A stretch of DNA of 64,000 nt from Vicugna vicugna (lineage: Eukaryota). This document shows positions 14,465 to 29,765 of this stretch, in pieces (positions within the stretch are counted from its first letter, which is position 1; the number at the start of each line of letters is the position of its first letter). The DNA lies in NCBI GenBank assembly GCA_013265495.1, contig MU058570.1:124001-188000 (forward strand), in the 5' to 3' direction. The notes under the pieces were generated by a model. It saw only the letters and a program-made list of their open reading frames with translations. It had not been told where the DNA came from and made no database searches. The position numbers and the translations under genes are program-made.

Positions 14465-15055
14465 ATTTAATTTATCTATCTACCAGTTTTATTGAGATAT
14501 AACTGACATACAGCACTGTAAAAGTTTAAGGTGCATAGCATAATGATTTGACTTACACACATCACAAAAAGATTATAATAACTTTAGTAAAAAGCCATCA
14601 TCTCATATAGATACAAATAAAAGAAAAAGAAAAGAATATTTTCCCTTGTGATGAAAACTCTTAGAATTTACTCTTTTAACACCTTTCACATATAACATAC
14701 AGTAGTGTTAATTACATTTATCGTGTTGTACATTACATCCCTAGCACCTATTTCTCTTATAACTGGAAGTTTGTACCTTTTGACCACCTTCATCCAATTC
14801 CCACTCCCCACCCTCCTGTCTCTGGTAACCACAAACAAGATCTCTTTTTCTGGGTTTGTTTTCTGAAGTATAATTGACCTACAACACTATGTTGGTTCCT
14901 GGTGCATGACATTTGGTATTTCCATACATTACAAAACGATCACCATGATGAGTCCAGTTATCGTCTGGCACCATACAAAGATACCACGTTATTCTTCATT
15001 GTATTTCCATGCTGTACATTTCATCCCTGTGTCTCAGTTATTATGTAACTGGGAA
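14465..15055 (-). mobile_element. LINE-1 3' UTR fragment
   Basis: TTTTATTGAGATATAACTGACATACAGCACTG start and CTCTGGTAACCAC motif, typical of reversed L1 3' ends. Confidence 0.75.
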
Positions 15056-15738
15056 GTCTGAGTAATTTCTGATTTGAAACACTTTCAGGAAAGTAATTTT
15101 GTCAAGTTTTGTAATGTGGAACTAAAGGTATTCACTGAAATATTTGTTCAACTGCTGGAGTGGTTCCAATGTTGCTCCCTAAGGAAAAAGGGCAGGAAGT
15201 GGGACGTTTTCTCACTATTAGGCTACTCTGAGATGAATGGCTGGGTAGTACCAAATACTAGAAAATATTCAACAGAACTAAAAATTTTAATATACTTTTA
15301 AAATGCCAGCAAAATCCTTGTTTTTCGTTTTGTTTAATGCCAAATATAAAATTAACTCCTCGCCACCATATTTTTTATCAATCCACTTTGGTAATGATTT
15401 TCTTTTTATACAGTGATTTGTGTATTTATTTTTGTTATAAATGACTTCAAATCTTTTTGAAAAAGAAAATTTTAATTATCCTTAAGTAGTAGAGATGAGG
15501 ATAGTTCATTAATCTGAAAGAAGTCACCTGGCATGCTTAGAACTATTTAATTAAGATGAAGACCTGTAAGTCACTGGAGTCTGTTTATAAACCCTATTTC
15601 AGGGGAAAAAGAACATTTCTGAAAATAGAATTCCTTGGCATAAAGAACGTGAATAAATGGCAACTTAAGAGTATAAGCAGAAATAATTATTTTCTTGGTT
15701 ATTCACTATCAGAGAATAAAAGGGATAAAATAAAATCA

Positions 15739-15852
<114 letters not shown>

Positions 15853-16011
15853 TTACACTCATTTTCATGTCTTCTTTCAGTACACTTAAGTTTCTCAAAT
15901 TTGTTTATGCTGAAAAACACAAGTGTTCTCTAGGAAATATTCAACAAACACAGAAATTTAACTGCTAAATTATAGAAACAAATATAACAGGGAAATTAAC
16001 TTAAAATATTA

Positions 16012-16230
<219 letters not shown>

Positions 16231-16674
16231 TTAAGATATTCATCTTTCCTAAATTAAGCAATTTTTCTACATTTAAAGATTGAATACTATAAATTCAATT
16301 TCTTAAAAGGTATACTTCCAGTATCAGAAATACTTGACAGAAATAAATTAAAGCCAGAGTTAGTGGCAATAACATATCAACCAGGCTTGTTAGGCACTTG
16401 ACTGGGAGCTAACTCATGTGCTATCCACAAAAATTGGGACCAAATTGCCTCATACATCATGGTCTCAATACAAACTCCTGGGGAGCCACACTCCCAGGGA
16501 TTTCAGGCAATGGCCTGTTTGGGGATGGCTGCAGACTATTTTGACACATATCCCTTCCTGCTGTTTTAACTCCATCAACAAATTGACCCGGGGATATTTT
16601 TTATTCTAGTTTATGATTATGAACATTCTACTACAAATTATAACACTGATTAATTTCCTTCACAAAAGCAGTTT

Positions 16675-18500
16675 CTCGATGGACACTTAGATTGCTTCAT
16701 ATTTTAGCTACCGTGACTAAAGTTGCTATAAATATTAGCACAAGGCTGCTCAAGTATCTTTTGAGATCCTGCTGCCAATTCTTTTAACTATATACTCAGG
16801 AGAACTGCTGGATTAAACAGTAGTTCTATTTTTAATTTTTTGAGGAATTGTCATACTGTTTTTCCACAGTGTCTGTATTATTTACCATTCCTGTCCACAG
16901 TGTACAAAGGTTTCAATTTCTCCACATCCTCACTAACACTTGTTGGTTTTTGTTTTTTTGATAGTAGTCATCCTAACGGATGTGAGTGGTAGTTTTGATC
17001 TGCATTTCCATAATGATTGGTGATATTGAGTGTCTTTTTATATGTTTATCAGGCAACTGTGTATATTTTTGGAGAAATGCCTATTTTTGAATCTGGTGGG
17101 TTTTTTTTTTTTACTGTTGAGCTTTAGGGGTTCTCTATATATTCTGGATATTAATTGCTTACCAGAAAAATGATTTATAAATATTTTCTCCCATACTATG
17201 GGCTGCTGTTTTACCTTGCTGATTTTGCCTCTTAATGTACAAAATTTTTAAATTTCCATGAAGTTCAATTTGTCTACTTTTTTCTTTTGTTGCCCCCGTC
17301 TTGGGTGTCATACCCAATAAATCACTGCCAAATCCAATGTTGTGATTTTTGTCCTTATGTTTTCTTCTCAGAGTTTTATTGTTGTAGGTCTTACATTAAG
17401 GTCTTCAATCCATCTTGAATTAATTTTTGTAAGTAGTGTTAGATAAGGGTCCAATTTTATTCTTTTGCATGTGGATATCCAGTTTTTTTCAGTACCCTTT
17501 GTTGAAAAAGAACTATTCTTTCCCCATTGAATGGTCTTGGCATCCTTGTCAAAAATCATCTGACCATATATGTGAGGGTTTACATCTAGGCTCTCTATTC
17601 TATTCCATTGGTTTATATGTCTGTCTTTATACCAGTACCACACTGTTTTGATTCCTGTAGCTTTGTAATAAGTCTTCATGTCAGGAAGTATGAGTTCTCC
17701 AGTTTTGTTCTTCTTCGAGATTTTTTCAGGATTCCTTGAGATACCACGTGAGTTTTAGGATGGGTTTTTCACTTCTACTGGGTTACTGGGCTTTTAATAG
17801 GGATTGCATTGAATCTGCAGACCACTTTGGGAAATAATGACATTTTAACAATATTAAGTCTTCCAACCTGTAAAAATGGTATGTGTTTCCATTAATTTAT
17901 GTCTTCTTTCACCAATGTTTTGTAGGTTTCATTGTACAAGTTTTTCATCTCCTTGGTTAAGTTAATTCCTAAGTATTTCATTCTTTCTGATGCTATTATA
18001 AGTGGAATTGTTTTTGTAATTTCCCTTTCAGAGTGTTCATTTTCAGTGTATAGAAATGCAACTGATTTTCACGTGCTGACTTTGTATTCTGTTATTTTGC
18101 TTTAATTCATTTACTAACTCCAACAGGTTTTTTTTTTCAGAATCTTTAGGATTTTCTACATACAAGGTCATATCAACTGCAAACAGATAATGTATTCTTC
18201 CTTTCCAAAATGGATGTGTTTTATTTCTTTGCTTTTTTAAATTACTCACACTAGAACTTCCATTTCTATGTTGAATAGAAGTGGTAAAAACAGGCATCCT
18301 TGCCTTGTTCCTGATCTTAGAGGAAAAGCTTCTATCTAGTCTTTTGCCATTAACTATGGTGTTTGTGTAGGCTCTTCGCATATGGCTTCTTAAATGTCGA
18401 GGTAGTTTCCTTTTCTTCCTGGTTATTTTTGTGTGTGTGTGTCTGTTTATCATGAAAGGGTGTTGAATTTTCTCAAATGCTTTTTGAATATCAACTGAAG
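16675..18500 (-). mobile_element. LINE-1 ORF2 fragment (frameshifted)
   Basis: [26 protein letters not shown] and LFAVDMTLYVENPKDS (degenerate RT FADD motif). Confidence 0.93.
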
Positions 18501-20533
18501 TGAGGCATAATTGCCTGTCACGTGGCTGGGGCTAAGGGATGGGTAGCTGCTGCCATGCTAAGAGTAGAAATTGACTGAAATTAACAACCTACCGTTCAAG
18601 CTTTCCCCCAGAAGTTGTAAGCCTTCAACAGACTCCAGAGTTCCAAATTATATCAGACAGATTTTGCCAGTCCAACTGTTGTCTAGATGGGGAGACAGAT
18701 TCTTGGGACTACCTACTCTGCTGTCTTCCTACAGTGCTTTTCTAAAAAGCTTTGTCAATTCATAATGCCACTTCAATTAACTTATAAGAACGACTCTCTC
18801 ATTTGATTAGCAGTACACAATTCTGGTGAACCAGTAACACCGGATTTTCCTCTCCAGATCTCTTTCTGATTCTCGTAAGAGGAAGTAATGCTCATGCCTC
18901 TGTAAAGAGCTAACTGGACTCTTCTTATTAAAAATTAGAATATGTTGTGTATATCACCAATGGTAAATTTAAAATATTTGAAGCTAACAGCTTTTTTAAA
19001 TTTAAATTTATATGATCAAAGCTCTATCTTTTGTGCTTCCCTTGGTTACTTTCAACTACAGAAATGATCAACTTTCCAAAAAATCTGATAGAAAATTTTA
19101 ACTCTTCCTACTGAATTACCAATATATTATATTGATTCATTTTGAAGTATTCTAAGCAATAGTAGTTTTTCAAATGTTTTTAGTCATAAAACTTCTGGAA
19201 AAAGAATTTTATGTGGAAATTCAAATATAAACAGACAAAAATGATCCCATGGATACAGAGAGGAATGGGGATTCCCACCCATTCAGTACCTCCCCTTGTG
19301 AACCAGGTGTTTCCTGAGGGCTCTCTGTAACTACACCTTATACCAGTAGTATTGAGAGTCTCCTTCTAAGTTGCTATCCAGTTACCCTAACATCATTCAT
19401 AAAATGAGCCTTCCTTCCCAAACCCTATGGTCCTTCTAAACACTAAACATCTTTTTATATAATGTCGAGTTTATTCTGAGCTATCTATCTGTTCCACTAA
19501 TCTAAGTTTCTATTTTCACATCAAACATAATTCACACAGATTCTTGCTAACTTCCTGCATTTATTTTTCACTATGGGTTTTTGTTTTCTGTATTTGCTGT
19601 TTTAAAACTAAATTCACATATATTTTTCCTATTCTCATATTGGATATTTATATAATCAGAATTCTATTTTTGGGAGTTTTTGCATTTTTTCCATGTCACC
19701 TTCTTTTCTTCCACATCTCATGTTATGGAATTACTTCTGGAATATAAATGTTCATCCACATCTAACCATGTGCAGCTTCTTTTGCTTGACTATCACAACC
19801 CCTCAGGTGACAGATATATTCCGTATACAGGCTCTTATTACTTACATCTCAACTACTTCCTCCTTGTTACAGCTGGATTAGGTCCAGATCACCAGCTTCC
19901 TCAGACACTTCCTCTAATCCTTGGGGACATAGTATCACCAGCAAAACAAACTCGTCAGGGATTTTGTTTTCAGCCAAATGAGATTTTAAGCAGATGAATA
20001 TGAAGCTAAAGTGTTCTATTACTGTATTATGTGGCTTTGGTGGCTGTGTCTGGGTGACAAATATAAAGCTTGGTCCCTTCATCTTGGGGCTCATCATACA
20101 GTAGGGGGAGATGGGAGCAGAGAATGGGATGAGGCTATGGAGTCATATAAGGGCCTAATAGAGGAGGTAATACTATTTCCCATGACTAAGCTTTGAAAGA
20201 TGAACAGGTCTTTGCTTTGGGCAAAGGGGATGAAAGAAAGGCATCTTGGGTAGAGAGAGGCAGCCTGGCCTGTTTAGGGAACTGCACAGAATGATGGATG
20301 GTGCATCGGCTATAAGGGATAAGTGCAAAAAGAGAAGGATGGAGAAAAGAAGTAGGGAAGATCCAGTTTCTGAAAGATCCCTTCAGAAAGATTTTAAGCT
20401 AATTAACAATATCTTCTTTTCTGTAAATAAAATTTCTATACCATGAAAATATTAGTATATAAGGGAATTATAATGCTATGTGGATTATAATTTTTTACTA
20501 ACCAAAATGCCAAACTTACTATTAATCTGAAGA

Positions 20534-20741
20534 CCAAGAGAGCCACTCTGAAGCATTCAGTTTTCACACTTAAATGTACTGAATTTACTTTCAAACTCTA
20601 AGACAACAGAACACATTATTTGAAACACTCACATTAACCAAGAGAGTCACTCTAAGTCATTCAGTTTTCATACTTAAATGTACTGAATTTACTTTCAAAC
20701 TGTAAGACAATATAGCACATTATTTGAAACACTCACATTAA
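20534..20741. repeat. 104-bp tandem duplication (2 copies)
   Basis: Copies start ccaagagag(c/t)cactct at 20534 and 20638; both end ttgaaacactcacattaa. Confidence 0.95.
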
Positions 20742-20774
20742 TGAATTCATAGTAATCATTCCAATGTCTCATAC

Positions 20775-20838
20775 CTGCACGTTGTAGCAAACACAGCTCA
20801 TCGATTCTAATATATTTCTTAAAAACATCCATGCAAAC
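20775..20838 (-). CDS. TOPAZ1: TOPAZ1 exon 9 (VCMDVFKKYIRIDELCLLQRA)
   Basis: TTTTACAG| acceptor, G|GTATGA donor; 64 nt, phase 0 to 1. Confidence 0.92.
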
Positions 20839-21109
20839 CTGTAAAAGTCATGGAAAATATGAAATTACCTTTTTATATTCCACAGAAACTATACAAATTT
20901 CAGTCCTGTATTTATGCTTATTCCAATTTTTCAAAGTGAATTTAAAACAATGGAATAAAGAGGATGATGTTAGGTTACCTAAGATTTGAAATGCATACTG
21001 AATTCATTACAAAAACCTTATTTAGAGAAGCTCTGTCAAAGAAGTAGTCCAGGAAACAGTTAAGATTAGCAAGCAACTGAGGAAGGGAGGTGCAAAAAAA
21101 TCTATCTAT

Positions 21110-21780
21110 ATCTATATCTCCAACAAGTTTGTATCCAGAATATATAAAGAACTATTAAGATGGATAAGAAAAAGACAATCCTACAGAATATAGGCAAAAT
21201 ATTTAGATATTTACAAAAAGGGGATATTCAAAAACCCAATAAACATTTTGAAAGATGCTCAGCTTCATCAACCATCAGGGAAGGATCACTCCCCACCCAC
21301 CAGAATGACTTACATTAAAAGGCTGATAATATCAAGAGCTGGTGAGGATGCGAAGCAACCAGAACTCTCAGACATTGCTGGAGAGTGTAATTTGGTAAAC
21401 CACTTTGGAAATCTGTCTGTCAGTATGTACTAAAGTTGAATATATGCAGACTCTTTGATCTAGTGATTGTAGTTTTAAGTATAACCCATCAGAATGTGTA
21501 CATATGCTCACCAAAAGACATGCAAAGCACCAATGGCACCACTACTGAATTTACCAAATTTAGAAACCACCCACCAAAAGCAGTATTTATCAACAAAATA
21601 AATTTTGATATACTCACAAAAGAACATTCAATATTATACAGCAATGAGAAAGAAATGTCTACAATTAGATAAAAAATACAGATGAATTTCAAAAATACTG
21701 AGCAAAAGAAGCCAGAGACAAAAGAATACAGATTGTATAATTCCATTTATATAAAACACAAAACCAGGCAAAGCTCATCG
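21110..21780 (+). mobile_element. Old L1M ORF2 end / 3' UTR
   Basis: GTATCCAGAATATATAAAGAACT and GGTGAGGATGCGAAGCAACCAGAACTCTC motifs. Confidence 0.7.
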
Positions 21781-21844
21781 ATTAGGAGCTGATGAAAATC
21801 TGAATTAAAACGTATGACTGAGATGGTTATTAAGACAATCTCTA

Positions 21845-21994
<150 letters not shown>

Positions 21995-22816
21995 CTAGAA
22001 AAACAGACAAATTTTCCTTCTGTGTTAATTGTAAAACACTTAACTATGATCAAGTGAGAAAGTATCTGAAGCAACCAGAAGTATTATATACCTAAAACGG
22101 TATCATGATAAATTGCTTGCCAACTTGATAAAATAAAAATTCCAGTCAAGTTGTATTTTTAAAAATAATGAAAAGAACACACTTTAAAGCTATCTGTCTG
22201 AATTTTTGCAATTTTCTTTAGTGTAAAACTTGTGTTTCACCAAAGTTACTAGCTTTACTTTACATGTTTTGAAGTTTATACATTCCCTCCTCCTTCTCAT
22301 GTACCTGCCCTCTACTTTTATAAAAAGTTAATTCTATTATAATATGCATATTTCAGATGCATTTATTAGAACCAAAATTTCCTTAGCTTTTCTGATTAAC
22401 AGAAAAAGGCAAGACAAACAAGTTCCTATGGTATAGCACAGGGAACTATATTCAATATCTTCTAATAACCTATAATGAAAAAGAATTACGTACATATATT
22501 TATGACTGAACCACTATACTGTACACCAGAAACTAACACAATACTGTAAATCAACCATACTTAGAAAAAAAAAAAAAGGCAAATGAGTGAAAGCTTTTTA
22601 CGGCGAGTTTTTCCCATCAACTGCTTTACATCGCTAGCTTTCCTCCTTCATTACAGGGAACTATTCATCTTGTATTTTGTTTTGAATATCCCAACCTCTA
22701 CCCTTCTGCCTTAAACCTCTTTTATTGTTTGTGAATATCCTCTGAAATGCTACTCATTTTCTTCCCCTTTCCACCAACGCCAATTTAAAAATCTGTAAAA
22801 TGTCCAGAACTGCTTA

Positions 22817-22987
<171 letters not shown>

Positions 22988-23225
22988 TCATTAATAATGC
23001 CATTACCCTCCAATATGTTACAACTTACTCCTTTCATAACTATGAAACAGATGACCACTACTATCTGCTTTAAAGTTTCACTTTGGACTACTCATGCTCA
23101 ATTCACAGAATGCTACCACGGTGTGTTACTGTGAAACACAGGATAACTTACATCTCAGGTGTTCTTTAAAGTATCTAGATCTGAATTTAACATTTTAAAT
23201 TCATTATAAGCTAATAATACTTCCG

Positions 23226-23414
23226 TTTTCTTTTCTTTTTTTTTTTTTTGATCGGACTTGAGAGTCTGTGGTTTATTTTATTTTTTTAATTTTTTAGTGG
23301 AGGAGGTAGGTAGGTTTATTTATTTAGTTAGTTTTTAATGGAGATACTGGGGATTGAACCCAGGACCTCACGCATGCTAAGCATGTGCTCTACCACTTGA
23401 GCTATACCCTCCCC
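23226..23414 (-). mobile_element. tRNA-derived SINE (vic-1-like)
   Basis: Same head sequence as the other copies (reverse complement) with a T-rich tail. Confidence 0.85.
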
Positions 23415-23548
23415 TGGAAGACACTTTCTCAAAAGCCTTACATGGCAGCAGTGAGGACTGTATTCAAATGATTGTCTCTAAGTTAAACAGACAAATATTG
23501 CACACAATAAACCTTTCTTAGGAAAAAAGAACTACTGACAAACCCAGG

Positions 23549-23927
23549 TGCTACGGACTAAACTGTGTCCCCCCCAAAATTCAGATGTTGAAGCCTTAAC
23601 CCCCAATGTGACTGTATTTGGAGTTAGGGCCTTTTATGGAAGTAAAAAAAGGAGTTATAAAAATGAGGCCTTGATCTGATAGAATTAGTGTCCTTATAAG
23701 TGATACCGGAGAGCTTTCTTTCTCTCCACGTGCGGGCACCAAGGAAAGGCCATGTGAAGACTTAGTGAGAAGGCTGTCATCTGAAAGCCAGGACTGAGCC
23801 AGAAACTGAACCTACCAGAACCTTTATCTTGGAATTCTAACCTTCAGAACTGTATGAAATGACTATCTGCTGTTTAAACTACCCAGTCTGTGGTGTTTTG
23901 TTACAGCAGCCCAGGGAGACTGCTACA
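23549..23927 (+). mobile_element. MLT1-type (ERVL-MaLR) solo LTR
   Basis: TG...CA ends; 5-bp TSD ccagg at 23544-23548 and 23928-23932; TGTGTCCCCCCCAAAATTCA...CCCCAATGTGACTGTATTTGG signature. Confidence 0.88.
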
Positions 23928-24601
23928 CCAGGCATCATTATCCTTCAATGTTGATCTTTTAAAATGAGTTAGGATATTTAAAATTTATTTTTCCTAAAGA
24001 TAAGACAAATGAAAACGCTTTTTTATCTTAAATTATTTCATTTTTTACTTTGGCAGCATCAGATATAATTTGGGACAAACTGAAGTTTCTGCTGCATAGC
24101 TGCGTGGTACTTTTCATTATGAAAGCTGTAAAGCTTTTTAAGACAAAACATGTGATTCTCATGGGCTGGGTGCTACAGGACACAACACAAGGTGGCATGA
24201 GGTCAGTAATGTGAGGCACAGAAGAGCTAGGTGTGAGCCACACAAGCGAACTTTATTGTTTTTAAATTTATTCTTCAATCTAGCTTATTTTGTTCATAGC
24301 ATTATGAATTATCAAAAAAACCTCACACAAATTCTAAAGTATACTCTAAATTTCTAAAACACTCAAATAAATATGAATATTTTAGGTATAAACTTACCTG
24401 TACTACCACTATCACATAAATATAGGTATCTCAGAAGTTGTTCTATCAAAAGTACTAAACAAAGGTACACAAATCTTCTAATCTTAACATATCCTACATT
24501 TGTTTCAACTTTTTTCTTAACTTTTTGTTTTTGGTGGAAAAATTTCCTGTATCATTTCTGTATTTTCAAAAGCCAATAGCATTGTATTAAGAAAACTGTA
24601 C

Positions 24602-24747
24602 CATTCATCCAGGGCTTCAGCAGCGTGTCTTCTTGATGAGCACTTACAGTCAAAGGCGGCACTGGCACTGAAAAGTACAGAGGTTTGGGGCCCAGTGCTG
24701 CTAAGTGACATTCATCAACCATAATCTCAATATTTTTAGAATCACCA
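24602..24747 (-). CDS. TOPAZ1: TOPAZ1 exon 6 (SGDSKNIEIMVDECH...LLKPWMN)
   Basis: CACACAG|T acceptor, G|GTACAG donor; 146 nt, phase 2 to 1. Confidence 0.9.
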
Positions 24748-26445
24748 CTGTGTGAGCAAAAAACAAACAAAATCAGAATTTATTCTAAAAATGTTAAAGT
24801 AATGAGAATCAAATAAGCAGAAGTGCAACCTAATGACATGTATGTTCCACACACTGTGCTGCATACTACAGTCATATACTGTGATTCTTTAATGTTTTCA
24901 ATAGGTTGTTCCTGCCTTCTTAACTAGAAAACCAGTGCTTATTAAATGGCTGGGGTAGGGGTAAGAGTAGGGTGGTGGGGTTAAAATTAGAGCAAAGTGT
25001 TTTTGATCATGCCAGACAAAGGGTCTGAGAAGGAACTGGACTAGTGTCTGAATCCAGAAAAGATCATCCAACAATTCTATTAACAGTGCAACAAAATAAA
25101 TAAGTGACAAGTATATATATTAAGTGTATACATGTACTTAAGATCTTCCTTTGGGAACAAGGTATAAGAAACGTACTGTTCTAGAATGTTCATTTAAACA
25201 GCTTTGACTATATTCTAATACGTGAGATCCTACATAACCAATTAATCTGGATGTCACTTACCTAGAAAATAAGTAACTTAAGCAAGAGGGAAGGTGAAAA
25301 GTACCACGAAGCTAATAGATATAAATGAATTTACTTTGTTGGAGAAGGACTTGTACCTTCATTCAGATACTAAAATATTTTATCTTAAAAACAATTTTAA
25401 TAAGATTTTTCAGCTGGGGTTCCTTGGGCCAGGGGAAAGTAAAAATAGTAAGAGGAGCCAATGCTTTTAACAGCTGAAACTTAGCATTGATGGAATTTAA
25501 AATTTTTGACTGGAAGATGAAACCTGGGGTGATGGAGTGACTTGCCCCACGTCACAGTCCAATGTCATTATGGCAGAGACAAGGTGATGTCAAAACTCTG
25601 CAGGCTCCAACTATTTTGTCTGTAAGCAAAATATTTTTGATAGGAAAAGAAAAAGTTAACCTTACTACCTTCGCTTTTTCTTTAAGATCTCCAAATGGTC
25701 ATGAATCCTACTGAGCTTCTATGCCAATCTAATTCTTACCTAGGCTTCTCCTTAACATAATGCTATGTAACATAATGAGCAGGTAGCAGGATTAGCTAGT
25801 GACTTTGGTGAAACACAGACTGATGGACCCCATTTGCAGAGTTTCTGATTCAGTAGGTCAGGGGTGGGACCAAATAATTTCTGACAAGTTCCCACATGAT
25901 GCTGGTACTCCAAGGATCACACTTTGAAAAACACTGTCTTAGCATAAGGGGACTTACATGTATTTGTCACCTGACTTGACTGTGCCTTGCTTCAACAGCA
26001 AAACTGGGGTACAGAATGGATCAAATGATCTCCAAGTTATCCTCTGAATCTAAATTTCGTATGTATATACGTTCTAGTGAGTGCATTGTAACTGCCAGTA
26101 CTAATCACTGTAGACATGGAAGATACCTGCAAACTGCACTGTTCATTTAATTTCAGCTATTCTTACCTTCAGAAAAGTCACATACACATCTCTCTTCTTT
26201 TATCACTATTCCTTTCTCAAAAAATATTTTAATGGCTCAAAATACCTAATTAGTGACAACTTTAAGGTAACTTACAATATCCCTGACATCTGGATACACC
26301 TGACACATTAGTTAAATAATATCCATGTACTGTTTATGGCATAGTAGTCCAAGCATATACAGCAGAGAATGAAAAATATGCCTCAAGATATACATTACAT
26401 GAATGACTCTTTTAACATCATATAATTAAAAATTACATTACAGAC

Positions 26446-26510
26446 CTTTTGCAAACTTCGTAAGTATTTTCTTTTTCATCTTGAATGGTCATCTTGTCTG
26501 AAAATCTACA
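26446..26510 (-). CDS. TOPAZ1: TOPAZ1 exon 5 (CRFSDKMTIQDEKENTYEVCK)
   Basis: CTTCACAG| acceptor, AG|GTCTGT donor; 65 nt, phase 0 to 2. Confidence 0.88.
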
Positions 26511-27159
26511 CTGTGAAGAGATTACAGTTAAAAAGTATAAGTGAGTATCTTTGCATTCATTATTAGGCTATGAGGCTTATCAGATCAGAATGTATTAGAC
26601 GTTAATTCAACAATTAGCTTATGGCCAACCCAGAAAACAATTCAACTCTACATCATTTAAAATAGTCAATACTGATTTAAAAATTTCCACTGTTGAGAAA
26701 AATTAATACAAATAAATATATTTTCCCAGCTTTTGATATCATCCTTAATTATGCAAGCTACCATTTCAAATTATTATAGACAATTAAAGTTATATTTCTT
26801 TTCATTCAGAAAAAAAGCTTTGAGTGACTTTTATTTTTAGGTGATATTTATGAACATAAATATATTTCTCATTAGAAATGTTTTTATGTATTTAAAATAT
26901 CATTGTATTAAAATACAATTGGTGTTTTGGGAATTGTGATTTTCTAACTATAAGAAAGTCATACAAGCGCAATACTAGACTTTTGAAAAAACAGGCACCA
27001 AGAAAACAAACCCCTACCCTAAATCACCCATCATCTGGGCAGCTAGAGATACCCACTTATATCTTACTTTATACCTTTCTAATCTTTTTTAAAGTACATA
27101 ATCATATTTCACAATAATGGTATATACTATACATACCATCACAACGTTTAGGAAGAACA

Positions 27160-29765
27160 CTACAAAAATCAACTGAGAAACACAAAACATTAACAAATAG
27201 AAAGATATATCATGTTCTCGGATGAGAATATTAAAAGGTAAAAGAGTTAACTCCCCCCAAATTAATTTGTAGATTTTAAAAACTACCTTACGGTGTGAAT
27301 TTAAAGCTCTCTTAGAAGACTTTAAGAATAACCAAAAATATTTTAATTTATAATACATCTTAATATCTTTTAAAGTAAGCCTTGTTTTTATTTTAAAAAT
27401 AATTGACAGTATGTAATTGGCACAGGCCATGAGCAATTAATGAAACAAAAGAGAAGAAAAGGAATCACTCCATACTTAAAAATGGAAAATATTAGAAATG
27501 GCATTTGAAATTTGTGAGGAAATGATGCAATAAATAGTAGCAGAACAACAGGCTAGTTGATTGAATAGAAAATAAGCTCGGTACCAATTTACCATATTAC
27601 GAACAACTTTAGGCTCATTAAACATTTAAATGTAAGAAATACTGGTCAAAAATAAAATAGAGATGAGTATTTATATAATCTGGAGGGTGGAGAAAGCCTA
27701 TACTTGACACCAAAGGCAGAAACTGCGAGTTATGATATCAACACGTTTAAAGAATTTTTTTTTCCCCTGTACATTTTTGATTTTGTTTGTTTTTTGGGGT
27801 GAGGTAATTAGGTTCATTTATTTTATTTTATTTTTAATGGAGGTACCGGGGATCGAACCTGGGACCACATACATGCTAAGCATGCACTCTACCACTGAGT
27901 TACACCCTCCCCCCCAATAGGTTTGAATACAAACATTTAAAACATTTCCATATACTAAGAGAATACAAAGTACACAAAAGCCATCTGTCAAAACAGAAAG
28001 GTTATATTGCTTCTACATTCTTTCTCCCAAGATAAAATCTAGATTTATACTGCTAAAAATTTAAACATAATAAATAAGACCAAAAAGATATGGGTGAAAT
28101 TTTTAAATCCTAAAATGGGGAAGGTTTTTCTAAATATGACTCATAACTCAAAAATCATAATAATAAAACTGATACATTTGACTAAATAAAAATAAAAAGC
28201 TCCTTCACAATAAAAAGTTCCTAAACCAAGTCAAACATAAATGAAAAACAGGAAAAAGTATGGCAACATAAAACAAAGAACAAATATGTTTAATATGCAA
28301 AAAGTTCTTACAAATTAAAAAAAAAATCCCAGAAGAAAAATGGCCAAAGGACATAAAAAAGTTCACAGAAGAAAATGTAAATGGCTTTTACACATGCTAA
28401 AAGATGCTTAACTAGACTCATAAAACAAAAGCAAATTAAAATTAAAAGTCATTTGTAAAAATGTACAGATGGACAAAAATTAAAAAATTCTAATACTGAG
28501 TTGTGAGTGTGTGGGGGAGAGAAGTGTCATTTTCATACGATGTTGCTGGGAATATAAATCAAAGCAATCTCTATGTAGGACAATCTGAAAATTCTACTTC
28601 TAAGAATTAATCCAAAAATGCTTGCACATTTGCAAAATGCCTTATGCTCAAGGATGCATAATGCAACAATATTAAAATAGCAAAAAATGGGAACAAACCA
28701 ATTGTCCATCAATAGTGGAACTTGTTGAATAGAGTACAGCCATACAACAGATGACTACATAATTATAAAAAGCCAAACATCATTACATACATGGAAAGGA
28801 AACATTCTCTATTATCTATTAAATTAAAAAAAGATAAAAAATGATATGCTATCATTTCTATAAAATTAAAAATACATAGTAGGTCCACTTTGAGAAATGG
28901 CAAATAAGTATATCTTATTGGACTAATCTTTCTGCAGTAACAACTATAAACCTGAGATAAAATATAAAAAAAATCTGTCTGAAAACATTGGAGAGATATG
29001 AAAAGGAGGCAGAATCAGAAGGGAAGTCTACACTTGGAAAGAGAGGATGACACGGGGTAACAGTCCTGTTTATCTGGCTTTATTCCTGAAGGCAGGCCTT
29101 AGTTGGAACCACTTGGGAAGGCCAAATATTTGCCCCACTGACACGAAGAACCAGAAGACAAAATTTAGAGCAAAGTCAGAAACTGGGAAGTGAGGTTGGG
29201 AATCCTGGAAAGGAAAGAGTCTAAGGTAGGAAGCCCCCAAAACTGCTTTCAACTTGGTCCAAATCTCTAAAACTGACCCTTGAACTACACCTTTGTAAGG
29301 CAGACTCCAAACAACTCAGCTAACACTAAAATAACACAGTAAACATTTCTACTGCCTGCTACCACAGGGTAGTAAGCTGGAGGCTGAGTCCACCCAAGTT
29401 AAAACCTAAGCATGCAATTACCAGTTAGCCCAGCAATGGCAGACCTAGGCACTTATTTCAAAATAGCAAAATTATAGACACGGAAAACATATTAACGGTT
29501 GCTAAGGTTATGGCTGTTGGGGTAGGGAGGGAGGTGAGACTAAGGGGCAGCATAAAGAATATCTCTGTAGTGACAGAATAATTATCTTGATGGCAACAGT
29601 GGCTACAAAAATCTGCACTTGATAAAATACACAGAACTACACTCACTCACTGTACTAATATCAAATTTCTGCTTCTGATATTGTGCTTTAAGATGTAATC
29701 ATGGGGGAAAGTACTTTTGCAACTTCCTGTGAATTTGTAATTGTTTCAAAACAAATATTAAAAAG
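27160..29765 (+). mobile_element. Cluster of old degraded L1M fragments
   Basis: A-rich sequence with L1 ORF2 and 3' UTR remnants (e.g. TGTCCATCAATAGTGGA); boundaries approximate. Confidence 0.6.
27755..27915 (-). mobile_element. tRNA-derived SINE (vic-1-like)
   Basis: Same family; inserted in old L1 sequence. Confidence 0.85.
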
